A stretch of DNA of 44,387 nucleotides. Origin: Octopus bimaculoides. Taxonomy: Eukaryota. Of this stretch, positions 12,063 to 24,290 are shown in pieces. The notes beneath the pieces were generated by a model, which was given only the letters and a program-made list of their open reading frames with translations, ran no database searches and was not told the DNA's origin. Location of the stretch: contig NC_068982.1 of assembly GCF_001194135.2 (NCBI RefSeq), positions 140,201,502 to 140,245,888 on the forward strand, written 5' to 3'. The number at the start of each line of letters is the position of its first letter. Within the stretch, counting starts at the first letter, position 1. The position numbers and the translations under genes are program-made.

Positions 12063-12152
<90 letters not shown>
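12062..12152. repeat. (CT)n microsatellite
   Basis: Tandem ct with ttt interruptions; source of poly-ER/SL ORFs. Confidence 0.95.
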
Positions 12153-12154
12153 AT

Positions 12155-12338
12155 ATAGGCATAGGAGTGGCTGTGTGGTAAGTAGCTTGCTTACGAACCA
12201 CATGGTTCTGGGTTCAGTCCTACTGCGTAGCAACTTGGGCAAGTGTTTTCTACTATAGTCTCGGGCCGACCAAAGCCTTGTGAGTGGATTTGGTAGACGG
12301 AAACTGAAAGAATTCAGTCATATATATGTATATATATA

Positions 12339-12392
<54 letters not shown>
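12155..12392 (+). mobile_element. SINE family A 5' half running into its internal (GT)n and an assembly gap
   Basis: ataggcataggagtggctgtgtggtaagtagcttgc...ggttctgggttcagtcc...gtggatttggtagacggaaactgaaag, then (gt)n. Confidence 0.9.
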
Positions 12393-13510
12393 NNNNNNNN
12401 NNNNNNNNNNNNNNNNNNNNNNNNNNNNNNNNNNNNNNNNNNNNNNNNNNNNNNNNNNNNNNNNNNNNNNNNNNNNNNNNNNNNNNNNNNNNNNNNNNNN
12501 NNNNNNNNNNNNNNNNNNNNNNNNNNNNNNNNNNNNNNNNNNNNNNNNNNNNNNNNNNNNNNNNNNNNNNNNNNNNNNNNNNNNNNNNNNNNNNNNNNNN
12601 NNNNNNNNNNNNNNNNNNNNNNNNNNNNNNNNNNNNNNNNNNNNNNNNNNNNNNNNNNNNNNNNNNNNNNNNNNNNNNNNNNNNNNNNNNNNNNNNNNNN
12701 NNNNNNNNNNNNNNNNNNNNNNNNNNNNNNNNNNNNNNNNNNNNNNNNNNNNNNNNNNNNNNNNNNNNNNNNNNNNNNNNNNNNNNNNNNNNNNNNNNNN
12801 NNNNNNNNNNNNNNNNNNNNNNNNNNNNNNNNNNNNNNNNNNNNNNNNNNNNNNNNNNNNNNNNNNNNNNNNNNNNNNNNNNNNNNNNNNNNNNNNNNNN
12901 NNNNNNNNNNNNNNNNNNNNNNNNNNNNNNNNNNNNNNNNNNNNNNNNNNNNNNNNNNNNNNNNNNNNNNNNNNNNNNNNNNNNNNNNNNNNNNNNNNNN
13001 NNNNNNNNNNNNNNNNNNNNNNNNNNNNNNNNNNNNNNNNNNNNNNNNNNNNNNNNNNNNNNNNNNNNNNNNNNNNNNNNNNNNNNNNNNNNNNNNNNNN
13101 NNNNNNNNNNNNNNNNNNNNNNNNNNNNNNNNNNNNNNNNNNNNNNNNNNNNNNNNNNNNNNNNNNNNNNNNNNNNNNNNNNNNNNNNNNNNNNNNNNNN
13201 NNNNNNNNNNNNNNNNNNNNNNNNNNNNNNNNNNNNNNNNNNNNNNNNNNNNNNNNNNNNNNNNNNNNNNNNNNNNNNNNNNNNNNNNNNNNNNNNNNNN
13301 NNNNNNNNNNNNNNNNNNNNNNNNNNNNNNNNNNNNNNNNNNNNNNNNNNNNNNNATATATATATATATATATATATATATACATGCGCGCATATACATG
13401 TTTTAATTTGTGTATATGCATACTGGGATATAAACGAACCTATGCATAGATGTATACGTTTATATGCATGTGTAAATAAATATATATATGTACATACATG
13501 CACGTATATG

Positions 13511-13557
<47 letters not shown>

Positions 13558-14044
13558 GCATACATATGTGCATATATATATGTGTGTGTGTGTGTGTGAC
13601 TCTTTGTGTAGTTTTCTGTTTGACTTTTCTAGTTTTCCCTATTATTATGACAATCTTGGGTGTTGTATTAAGCGCAAGTTATCAATTATTTTTTGTACCA
13701 ATGTAAATATCATTGTATGTCGCCATGTCATATATGTAATTTTAGTACAATTGTCTGCATTCAACGCAAACAATGCTTTACCTCATATGCCTGTTATAAT
13801 ACGATATCCATTGTCAACAATGTAATAATTTTATATGTAATATTTTTTTATTATTTATAAACTTACAAACTCATACAGTCGCATACTTAGGTACAGCCTG
13901 CACACACACATATATACCATTCTGCCTAAATAATGCACCTACAGATACAATATCCTTGCATATCTCACGTCTATTTTCATTCCTCCGCTTCACTCTCTAT
14001 TTCATATCTTATCTAAAATAACAATTGTTTAACCATCTTCTCAA

Positions 14045-14098
14045 ACCGGCTCGGATGAAGGGATATATAAAATCCCCCCGGAAACAGTTGTAAGACCT
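14045..14098 (+). ncRNA. Degenerate minimal hammerhead ribozyme relic
   Basis: cggatga (one mismatch to CTGATGA, 14052-14058), stem II gggat/atccc, GAAAC 14081-14085, agttGTA, agacc. Core mutated and stem I not intact. Confidence 0.4.
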
Positions 14099-14156
14099 AT
14101 TTATAAATGTTCTGAAATTTTTCCCAGCCCTAGATCGTTATCTCATTCTGTTAATT

Positions 14157-14176
14157 TATATCTATATCTATATCTA

Positions 14177-14238
<62 letters not shown>
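14157..14238. repeat. (TCTATA)n/(TCTA)n microsatellite
   Basis: Tandem tcta units. Confidence 0.95.
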
Positions 14239-14239
<1 letters not shown>

Positions 14240-14419
14240 AAATATATAAATTATACAAGAATAATGGCAGGGAATCGTCAATTAGTAATAGAATTAATAA
14301 TTAACAATTTTGCCAAGTAGTTCAGTATGAAAAAAACCTTTATCGGTAAAATCACTTATCATCGTAAATATACAGGGATTAGCATTGAGTTGCTTCTCCA
14401 ACATACTGAAACTTTAGAA

Positions 14420-14755
14420 ATAGCAGTAAAAAAACTACTGATTCTAAACTAGATGGGATGCCTGAACTCGCTAGCCGATGAATTCGTAAGTGCCTTTTCT
14501 TCTCGTTGATTTTTGGCGTCGCATGGCCAGAAATTACCGTGAATTTTTTAGAGACACTTTCAGATTTATCAGAATATTGGGCTGATGAGACGGAATAGAT
14601 TAATATCTTAACCGCGAAACGTTCGTATCCAATTAACTAAAGGCAGGTTTGTTTTTGCTTTTCACTCTGGTTTTTTGTTCTATGTGCGCCATAAATATCG
14701 CCATCCATTTAGAGAAAAATTTGTAGTTTAGAATCAGTAGTTTTTTGACTGCTAT
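14420..14755. repeat. 32-bp inverted repeat pair (14420-14451 / 14724-14755)
   Basis: atagcagtaaaaaaactactgattctaaacta vs tagtttagaatcagtagttttttgactgctat, one mismatch. Confidence 0.9.
14576..14633 (+). ncRNA. Candidate minimal type I hammerhead ribozyme with intact core
   Basis: Stem I attggg (14576-81) / tccaat (14628-33); CTGATGA 14582-88; stem II g-cgg/ccg-c with inner agat/atct hairpin; GAAAC 14616-20; quasi-palindromic stem III acgttcgt; GTA cleavage triplet 14625-27. Confidence 0.6.
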
Positions 14756-15999
14756 AAATATNNNNNNNNNNNNNNNNNNNNNNNNNNNNNNNNNNNNNNN
14801 NNNNNNNNNNNNNNNNNNNNNNNNNNNNNNNNNNNNNNNNNNNNNNNNNNNNNNNNNNNNNNNNNNNNNNNNNNNNNNNNNNNNNNNNNNNNNNNNNNNN
14901 NNNNNNNNNNNNNNNNNNNNNNNNNNNNNNNNNNNNNNNNNNNNNNNNNNNNNNNNNNNNNNNNNNNNNNNNNNNNNNNNNNNNNNNNNNNNNNNNNNNN
15001 NNNNNNNNNNNNNNNNNNNNNNNNNNNNNNNNNNNNNNNNNNNNNNNNNNNNNNNNNNNNNNNNNNNNNNNNNNNNNNNNNNNNNNNNNNNNNNNNNNNN
15101 NNNNNNNNNNNNNNNNNNNNTATATATATATATATTTATATATATATGTATGTATGTATACCACATCTGCTAGTGAGACTATAGTTCAGGAAATCCAGGG
15201 CTTTGAGGACAAAAGGAGCCCAGCTCTTTAAGGCATCCTTCTAGGCGAAAGCTAACCCGTATTTTACAGTCGCTTGTCTACTGAGTCGGATATCTGGCAA
15301 CTTGTTTTTATCTATCTTCCTTGGTATTGCTAGTGAGAGTTGTGATGATGTTCAATACGCAGTCGGTTTAAAACTGCTGCACAGGCTACTCTAAACAGCT
15401 GTATGAACATTTATGCCCATCACTTTAAGACAGAATGTGTGTGATGGGACAAAACTTATAAACCTGGTTAAAGCCATGTCTACGAATACTTTAGTACTCT
15501 CTTTCTGCACAGAGAGGAAGTGTCATCATGTAATATATGTATAAGTTCCGGTTGGACATTGGTTCATATGCATAACAACATACGTTTTGAGTGAGCGAGC
15601 ACTTCGAACAAGCGTAGCACATGATCTCTATTTAAATTATGCATCCAGTATATATGAAAATCATAGACGGTTATGATCACTCGAAATTTGAATTGAATCC
15701 TATTTTAATTTCAAATTTTTGGTGATCAATAAACTACCAAACTATAACAGCAGAGTGGTGGGAGTATGAACGATTTGACCTGAATTTATTGCATTTGCCC
15801 AACCACTTTGCGACTGAATTAAAATCCTGTCATGCCTTGTTTGTGTGTCACATCTAAGCCATCTTTGCCTCAACGTCAGCACTTGACAGATTTAGTGGAA
15901 GAGTCTCCCGTATAAAAATACATTCGATACCTCCTTTTCACAGGTCTCAGAGTCCTTGTTAAGTGTAAAGATATTAGTTTCCATTATTCCACACGTATT

Positions 16000-16198
16000 G
16001 GTTTCTAATTTTGGCGAAAGAGCAGCACGTTCGGGGGAGAGATAAATCGATTACATGGAATCAAATGCTCAACTGGTACTTATTTTATCAACCCCGAAGG
16101 ATGTAAGGCAAAGTCGACCTCAGCCTAGTTTGAACGTAAAGACGAACGAAATGCCACTAAGCATTTCATCCGTCTGTACGCTCAGAGCTAACGATTCT
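16000..16198 (-). mobile_element. tRNA-derived SINE family B
   Basis: tttctaattttggcg...tactttattttatcaaccccgaaggatgtaaggcaaagtcgacctc...; reverse complement of the 41691-41880 type. Confidence 0.85.
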
Positions 16199-16199
16199 T

Positions 16200-16438
16200 A
16201 TTTCTTTATGGCCCACAAGGTCCTAAACATAGAGGGAACAAACAAAGACAGACAGACAAAGGGATTAAGTCGATTACATCGACTCCAGTGCGTAACTGGT
16301 AGTTAATTTATCGACCCCGAAAGGAAGAAAAGCAAAGTCAAACTCGGCGGAATTTGAACTCAGAACATAACGGCAGACAAAATACCGCTAAGCATTCCGC
16401 CCCACGTGCTATCGATTCGGACAGCTTGTCGCCTTCAT
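16200..16438 (-). mobile_element. tRNA-derived SINE family B (variant tail)
   Basis: atcgaccccgaaagg...ctcggcggaatttgaactcagaac...cgtgctatcgattc...gtcgcctt; close to 29391-29610. Confidence 0.9.
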
Positions 16439-17350
16439 TACTCCCAAATTATTGCAAGAATTTATTTTCTCGGAACGTAAAAGGGGAAAAGAAATTATTC
16501 TTTCTTTTCCGGAATGGAAATAATTACTTGGAACTCAAGCACTCAATTACTCGTACAATCACCAGACTATGGTAAATAGATTATCCGTAAGGATGAAAAA
16601 TATTTTGGAAAACTGTACTAATATAGGTTTTTCTTTCGGATTCAGAAATATATTCAAATCTTTATCATGTGTTTTTTAAAATTTTTTTCAGACATTTACT
16701 CACTGAAATTGAATATGTCATTTGTTCACGTATATCTTTGTAAGTTGTCTCTTGTTGAATTATAAATAACGTTCTTCTGGCTGTCGTTAAATTACCATTG
16801 CAAAGTTTATTATAAACGTATTAATATTTCACTGCTTGAAATCAATATATAGATATTTTGAGAAAGATATATTTGAACTTACTAGAGAGACAGAATGTAA
16901 ATATACATAGAGTAACTTTTCAGATTAGTCTAGTGGAATGATTTACGTGCAGCTTCTGTAAAGCCATAATATTTTCCAGTTATATTGAGGTAATATTCTA
17001 ATCAAATTCGTAATGTAAACGTTAAACTTGGGAAAACAGCGCTGCTCTTTATTTGTGAATAACAATGAGAATTTATTTGAAAAACATTACTACTTCAGTG
17101 CCAGGATGTTGTAAATATAAATATAAATTATCATATACACTAAGTTAGCTACATGGTCAATATCTCACATTGTCCATCTAAATGACATATGCTAAATTAT
17201 TGACCCTCTCACATATTCTTGATGTCAGTTAAATATTTTCTCTCTCTTTTTTTTTTTTTCGTAAACTAGAAATACGTCAATTTCAAAATTCGAGTTTGTT
17301 CTGAGCAATATATATTCGAATTCATCAGGGTTAGGAGAACATGGTATGAG

Positions 17351-17737
17351 ATGGCAGAATCCGATCCTTTATAATTCAGGGAGCGGATTCCCAACTTGTA
17401 TAGCGAAAAATTAACGAATAAACCACCTCCCGTAATCCTCATCGACGACAATCATACAACGAAATGCAAAACGAGAACCACTTTTGCTGCTACTTTAATC
17501 GTGGAGACCTGTGAAAGAATTGATTTTTAGTGTCATTTGAGGAACTTGGTGCTTTTTCTAAACGAGAACCCCATTCACTGGAGTGCTTAAAATGTTCCGT
17601 CTCTTTCCTTCTATTTTCTGGGTCTATCTTTTATTACTTCTTTGCTGGGTGGTCTTATCACCGATGCCATTCTCGGACGCTTCAAATGACTTTTATTTTC
17701 CTTCCACATCTATGTTATTGGTTATATGTCATACACC
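17351..17737 (+). pseudogene. SLC15A4: SLC15A4/PHT1-like proton-coupled oligopeptide transporter (POT/PTR2 family), N-terminal remnant covering TM1-TM3
   Basis: One frame from ATG 17351: MAESDPL*FRERIPNLYSEKLTNKPPPVILIDDNHTTKCKTRTTFAATLIVETCERIDF*CHLRNLVLFLNENPIHWSA*NVPSLSFYFLGLSFITSLLGGLITDAILGRFK*LLFSFHIYVIGYMSYT. It has the POT ExxER motif, NLVLFLN and GGxxxDxxLGR, and aligns without gaps to SLC15A4 as I recall it. Stops at 17372, 17528, 17588 and 17687. Confidence 0.85.
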
Positions 17738-18659
17738 GAACATATATTTAAAAAAAATATATATTTGATAATTTCTATTGTTTTCTTCTGAATACAACAC
17801 CGACCACAAACGATTATAATATAAATAATCTTAAACCACAAAAACTCAAATATGATAACATACGTGACAATAATTGTGATAATAAATACAGATAGGTTAT
17901 CTACAATAAAGTGTAAATGTTGAATTTTAATTCACAGATATTGCGTTAAAATAAACTGTAGTAGAATTTATGAAATTCAAAAATAAGTAGAAAATATTAA
18001 GAAATAGTTTTACAGAAACAAAAGAATTATTTTTTCTAAAGTTTGTGTTATCAGATAAATTATCTTTCATTTAGAATCAGAAGAATATTTTATTTTTAAA
18101 TGAAAGCTAATGAAACAAATTGAGTACGAAATGGTGAAACGACTCTAACCTTTTCTGTTTTTTTATTTTTTTATTTTACAAAAATAAAAACCTTATGGGT
18201 TATAATACGTTATAATGCGGCACAGAAGGTTAACGTACAAATGTAGAACAAATGTAATCCAAAGCGAGACAGTTTGTGGATGTACGAGGGAGAGAGAACA
18301 AACTAAAGAGGACTGTGGGGATACAAACGAACAAAATGAGATCTTAGAGTCAAACAGGAGTCCAAAATAGTCGACGTTGGGAAAATATCCTGAAGGTTTT
18401 AACAGAGAGACAACGAGACAGCGAATGTCCAATAGTGGAGACGACGAGCAAATACAAGTGCCGGCCGAGAAAAGAGAGAGAGATAAGATTGACCACTGGT
18501 CACGTGTCAGTAGCTTGAGTGTGAAATGGTAAGCGGCAGAGAGAAACAAAAAGAGGGAAGACAGAAGAATGAGACAGATAGCAGCATAGAAGGAAGGTGG
18601 GAATGAGAGAACGGTGAAAAAGAGGAGAAAGAACGTGACAGATAACAGCATAGAAAGAA

Positions 18660-18876
18660 TGGGAAAGCAGAGGGAAAGAGAGAGAGAGAAAGAAAGAGAG
18701 AGAGAGAAAGAAAGAGAGAGAGAGAAAGAAAGAGAGAGAGAGAGAAAGAAAGAGAGAGACAGTGAAAGTGTGTGTGGGTGTGTGTGAAAAGAAGCGAGTT
18801 AGAGAAAAGGAGGAGAGAGTCGTACAAACATATGGAATATATATGTGTTTGTGTGTGTTTGTGTGTGTGTTTGAGT

Positions 18877-18935
<59 letters not shown>
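18660..18935. repeat. (GA)/(GAAA) and (GT)n microsatellites
   Basis: Tandem gagagagagaaagaaa units, then (gt)n. Confidence 0.9.
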
Positions 18936-19300
18936 TCTGTCTGTCCATATAATATGCATACAACCATTCATATGGTGGTAAGTACTCACAAAAACGCCTG
19001 GATCCATGAATTCAATTTGCATGCATTTACACCGATATGACATCATCGTCTATTACTGTTTTACATCACTTGCCGCTTATCTCGCCTTCGTTGTTGGCTG
19101 CTACCAGTGTTCATGAGCATGAAGAAGAGTCACAGAGTGTAAATGACATTGGATGAACGTGAAGAATGCTGCATTTCTTATAAAAGACAACTGCGCTACA
19201 TATAATACACTACTGGTGACTTCAAATTGACCATCCCCAAATACAAAAATAATGTTTAATTAGTTGTTAATGAATTGCAGCCACGTGGTATATCATTATG

Positions 19301-19530
19301 CTCTTTTACTCTTTTACTTGTTTCAGTCATTTGGCTGCGGCCATGCTGGAGCACCGACTTTAGTAAAGCAAATCGACCCCAGGACTTATTCTTTGTAAGC
19401 CTAGTACTTATTCTATCGGTCTCTTTGGCTTAGCCGCTAAGTTACGGGGACGAAAACACACCCAGCTTCGGTTGTCAAGCGATGTTGAGGAGATAAACAC
19501 AAATACAAACATAAACACACAGACACACAC

Positions 19531-19578
<48 letters not shown>

Positions 19579-20412
19579 NNNNNNNNNNNNNNNNNNNNNN
19601 NNNNNNNNNNNNNNNNNNNNNNNNNNNNNNNNNNNNNNNNNNNNNNNNNNNNNNNNNNNNNNNNNNNNNNNNNNNNNNNNNNNNNNNNNNNNNNNNNNNN
19701 NNNNNNNNNNNNNNNNNNNNNNNNNNNNNNNNNNNNNNNNNNNNNNNNNNNNNNNNNNNNNNNNNNNNNNNNNNNNNNNNNNNNNNNNNNNNNNNNNNNN
19801 NNNNNNNNNNNNNNNNNNNNNNNNNNNNNNNNNNNNNNNNNNNNNNNNNNNNNNNNNNNNNNNNNNNNNNNNNNNNNNNNNNNNNNNNNNNNNNNNNNNN
19901 NNNNNNNNNNNNNNNNNNNNNNNNNNNNNNNNNNNNNNNNNNNNNNNNNNNNNNNNNNNNNNNNNNNNNNNNNNNNNNNNNNNNNNNNNNNNNNNNNNNN
20001 NNNNNNNNNNNNNNNNNNNNNNNNNNNNNNNNNNNNNNNNNNNNNNNNNNNNNNNNNNNNNNNNNNNNNNNNNNNNNNNNNNNNNNNNNNNNNNNNNNNN
20101 NNNNNNNNNNNNNNNNNNNNNNNNNNNNNNNNNNNNNNNNNNNNNNNNNNNNNNNNNNNNNNNNNNNNNNNNNNNNNNNNNNNNNNNNNNNNNNNNNNNN
20201 NNNNNNNNNNNNNNNNNNNNNNNNNNNNNNNNNNNNNNNNNNNNNNNNNNNNNNNNNNNNNNNNNNNNNNNNNNNNNNNNNNNNNNNNNNNNNNNNNNNN
20301 NNNNCGTCCCGAGGCTATAGTAAAAGACACTTGCCCAAGGTCACACGCAGTTGGTTGAACCCGGAACCATGTGGTTGCTAAGCAACCTACTTACCACACA
20401 GCCATTCCTGCG
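19301..20412 (-). mobile_element. Full-length SINE family A spanning an N gap in its internal (CA)n
   Basis: Tail ctcttttactcttttacttgtttcagtc...gcggccatgctggagcacc at 19301; head ...ccggaaccatgtggttg...cttaccacacagcc at 20360-20403. Confidence 0.9.
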
Positions 20413-20678
20413 CTTATAATATAGTATATTACGACTATACTATACTATATGCAACAATAATATGCTATAAAGTATATTAAATGATTTTATGAGTCAACAA
20501 CCAAATCGTTTAATTAGTTGTCTTGACGTAAGAAAGAAAAATGTTGCAAACAACTAAAGTAAAACAAAAAAAAAATGGTACGTCCATGTAGAATACACGA
20601 CATCAACCAGGTTCATTACATATTGCTTTGATAACGAAAAAATAATAATTGCGGTCAGACATTATACTGTTTGTTGTC

Positions 20679-20797
20679 TTTTATCTTTTACCATTTTCAG
20701 TAATTTAACAACGGCCATGCTGGAGCACCGCATTGAAGTATTTTAATCGAACAACTCAACCGCGGGACTTACACTTTTAAGCCTAGTACATTTTCAA

Positions 20798-20838
<41 letters not shown>

Positions 20839-21020
20839 TGTATATATACATATCTGTACGACGGGCTTCTTTACGGTTTCCATCTACCAAATGCACTCAC
20901 GACTCTTCAGTCGCTCCAAGCTATAGTAGGAGGCACTTACCCAATTTGCTCCATAGTAGAACTGATCCTAGAAACACATGGTTGGGAAACAAACTCCTTT
21001 CCACACAGTCAAGCCTGCCC
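20679..21020 (-). mobile_element. Degenerate SINE family A
   Basis: cggccatgctggagcaccgc tail, internal (CA)n, tacgacgggcttct...ctaccaaat...acatggttggg...ccacacagtc head. Confidence 0.8.
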
Positions 21021-21524
21021 ACCATACATATAAAATTTCCGACAGGTACTTTCATAAATCGAGAGATGATCCCATTATATTTTACGGAATAATTTTGAAA
21101 ACATTACCGATTGACTGTAACAAAATATATTCCTTTTGTTTTCAAAATTCTATTCTCATTGTCAGCAAAAAAGGAAAAAAAATCAAAAACAAAATAAAAA
21201 AGAAGCAAACAAACAATTACGTACATAGATGCATGTGTATGTGTGTACGGACACGCGTATTTGAGTATGTATGTATGTATGAATGTATGTATGTATGTAT
21301 ATATGTGTGTATGAATGTATGTATGTATGTATTTATGCATGTATGGATGGATGGATGGATGGATGTATATGCATGTACGTGTGCATATAAATATTTCTTT
21401 ACATGTGAATATATGAATAAGTTATAGATGTAAATTTAAACACGCATATGTATTTATGTATGTATGCTTGCATGCATAATATATATGTACATATATATAT
21501 TTGTACATACATATATATACATAC

Positions 21525-21565
<41 letters not shown>

Positions 21566-22756
21566 NNNNNNNNNNNNNNNNNNNNNNNNNNNNNNNNNNN
21601 NNNNNNNNNNNNNNNNNNNNNNNNNNNNNNNNNNNNNNNNNNNNNNNNNNNNNNNNNNNNNNNNNNNNNNNNNNNNNNNNNNNNNNNNNNNNNNNNNNNN
21701 NNNNNNNNNNNNNNNNNNNNNNNNNNNNNNNNNNNNNNNNNNNNNNNNNNNNNNNNNNNNNNNNNNNNNNNNNNNNNNNNNNNNNNNNNNNNNNNNNNNN
21801 NNNNNNNNNNNNNNNNNNNNNNNNNNNNNNNNNNNNNNNNNNNNNNNNNNNNNNNNNNNNNNNNNNNNNNNNNNNNNNNNNNNNNNNNNNNNNNNNNNNN
21901 NNNNNNNNNNNNNNNNNNNNNNNNNNATATATATATATATATACACACACAACTTATACGTAAAAAAAGAACAACACATCAGCGCGCGCGTATATATACA
22001 TACACATGGTATATTTGCTGACGGAAAAGAATTTTGCAATAGTTATTTTACGACTAAATAACTTGTAAAATTTTTATCTAACTTGATTTACAGAATTCTC
22101 ATACGGAATGCATGGAAAAATAATTTAAGTTTAATGCTGAACAATATATGCATCTCTTTCAGACTTTGTAATTATTATAAATTTCGTTAAAATCAATTAT
22201 ATTTCTTTGAAGAATTTTCATGTTTTTCTGAAGAATTTTTACGATGTACATGTAAAATATTATGTTATTGTAAGCAGAGCTACAGAAATGAAATGTCTTA
22301 AAGATGATTTAAATAATATTTAACGTTTCAAGCCACGTATTAGAACACAAGCAACTGTGTTACACATCAGATGAATATTTACGAAATATATATATGTACT
22401 ACCTGTATTCATATGGTATTATGTCTTACTAATTTCCATTACTTCACTAGAAAAAAGATTTTAGTCAGATGGCAGTTTAAATGGCTGTAATATCCAAACA
22501 TACACGAAACGTTAGGTAACGAGTGCAATATATTCGATCACATCTCTCTATTGATTTTTAAAAAAAATTCGCCTTCAACAGACATGTTGATGCGCGTACA
22601 CACTTTATAGACCAGCACGGACATACATAAACACATACAAAAACACACACGTATACACAGCAAAAATATAACAAAAGACTGTTACTCTGAGTTTCACTAT
22701 ACCGTTCATCGGACAGTTTTGTTAGAAATGGGAAAGGAATAACAATGCAATCAAAA

Positions 22757-22794
<38 letters not shown>

Positions 22795-23109
22795 CCCGTC
22801 TTTACCTTTTGTTTTGTTGTAAATTCTCACTATACATATATATATATATATATATAAACGGAAGATGCGGTTAGAGTTGAGTGCTTGCACTGGTTATCGC
22901 TTCCTTGGAAACAAACTGCGAAAATCGTTTAGTTCGTCGTTCAGGTCCCAAATCGATTGTTTATTATATTTGGTGATTATGGTATTAGTCTTTAGTTACT
23001 GCTAATCGAAGTTTAGCAGTGGCTCGGGTAGGTAGAACATATCAAGGCCACCAGTTAAGAAACAACGAGAAGATGGTTTTATGGCATAGAGGAATGCTGA
23101 CTTCTAGTG

Positions 23110-23852
23110 ACATGTTATAGAAGCATGTGGTATTGCCCATGTAGTGATTTAATTTTCCAGCTGTTTAATCTTCTTAAATGTTTGTGGGTTCATCACAATT
23201 TCGGACGGTATTATATTATTTTATTGTTATTTCTAAAAGTGGCATGCAAGGATTCCCTCTGAAGTTTGATGTACCATCCCAGACAGATCTTCTCGTTGAC
23301 AATACAAATCTTGCATCCTATGAGACGTCTTCACCCCTGTTACTAGGCACCTACACTCTGTCACTATCGAATTTATGGTGTAGTTCCTTGTTAATTGTCA
23401 TCACTTTCCTAGTTTCGAGTCCATTTCCTCTAGCTCGTTCTTGGTCCACCTAAACACTCGTGCGCCTTATCACAGCTCATGTGATAAGGAAACAGCCCAT
23501 GTGTTTGTTGTCCTCATTTTGTTTTTTTCTATTGAGTCTACTTCTCATAATTAACCTGTTTTTTTTCTGAGATGTTCATTTCACTTTCTTTGATTTTGTC
23601 GTATTGTAAAATCCCCAGAAATTTATATCATTTAATCTCAATATCCTTGATTTCCTACTTTGCGTTTTTGTATGGAAAGCATACTACACTTTTTAGTCCA
23701 AAATTCCATTCCGATATCCTTACTGAATATCTCTACTGTTGAAACTAGGCCATTTATTTCACGTTCGGTCCCGATATGGATGATATTAAAATTATCCACA
23801 TATAACAGATGATTTAATTTTCCTCCACTTTACTTAGTATCTTATTGAATTT
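23110..23852 (-). mobile_element. R4/Dong-like non-LTR retrotransposon RT fragment (degenerate)
   Basis: Minus strand GGKLNHLLYVDNF...EINGLVSTVEIFSKDIGMEFWTKKC, YKFLGILQ, TNTWAVSL, MTINKELHHKFDSDRV*VP, WKIKSLHGQY; stops and frameshifts. Confidence 0.85.
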
Positions 23853-24251
23853 AGCTGCTCAGCGGATGTTAATCAAAAGCTAAAAGTGAGTGAAAAAGAG
23901 AACACCTATGCTGAACTATTGAGAAATCTGCAAATATTCTATCCAGATTACAAGTTCATGTTTATACCTGTAATTATTGGGACCCTGAGATATGTAACAC
24001 ACTGCCTAAATACGAATCTTGACAAATCAGGCTTCTCAAAACCAGAAAGGAGGAAAGCTATTTCCAGGACTACAAATCCAATCCAGCACTGGAACTGTAA
24101 AACTTTCCAGAAGCTTATCATTTAAATACATATGAGCATGTCTAGATATGCAACTATATGCATAAATCATGCAAATCTGTACATACATAGATACACACAT
24201 ACATACACACATATATACATACATACACACATACATACATACATACATACA

Positions 24252-24284
<33 letters not shown>

Positions 24285-24290
24285 TCATAC
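23853..24290 (+). mobile_element. 3' end of an RLE-type (restriction-like endonuclease) LINE with (TACA)n tail
   Basis: SCSADVNQKLKVSEKENTYAELLRNLQIFYPDYKFMFIPVIIGTLRYVTHCL matches the D..EK..Y..L...IPVIIG.LG C-terminal pattern. Followed by a short UTR and (taca)n at about 24180-24290. Confidence 0.75.

Noticed and set aside
17351-17737. Idea that A-to-I RNA editing rescues the four stops (UAG/UAA/UGA to UGG) to give a functional, editing-dependent SLC15A4
   Set aside because: Editing could only give Trp, whereas the stop at 17528 sits at the conserved Tyr of ER..FY and is one substitution from TAT/TAC. There are also non-conservative changes nearby (IDF, CHLR) and the rest of the transporter is absent. 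Ordinary decay is simpler.
18193-18651. 152-aa hydrophobic minus-strand ORF resembling a membrane protein
   Set aside because: The Leu/Ser/Phe richness comes from reading the GA-rich low-complexity tract; no family motif.
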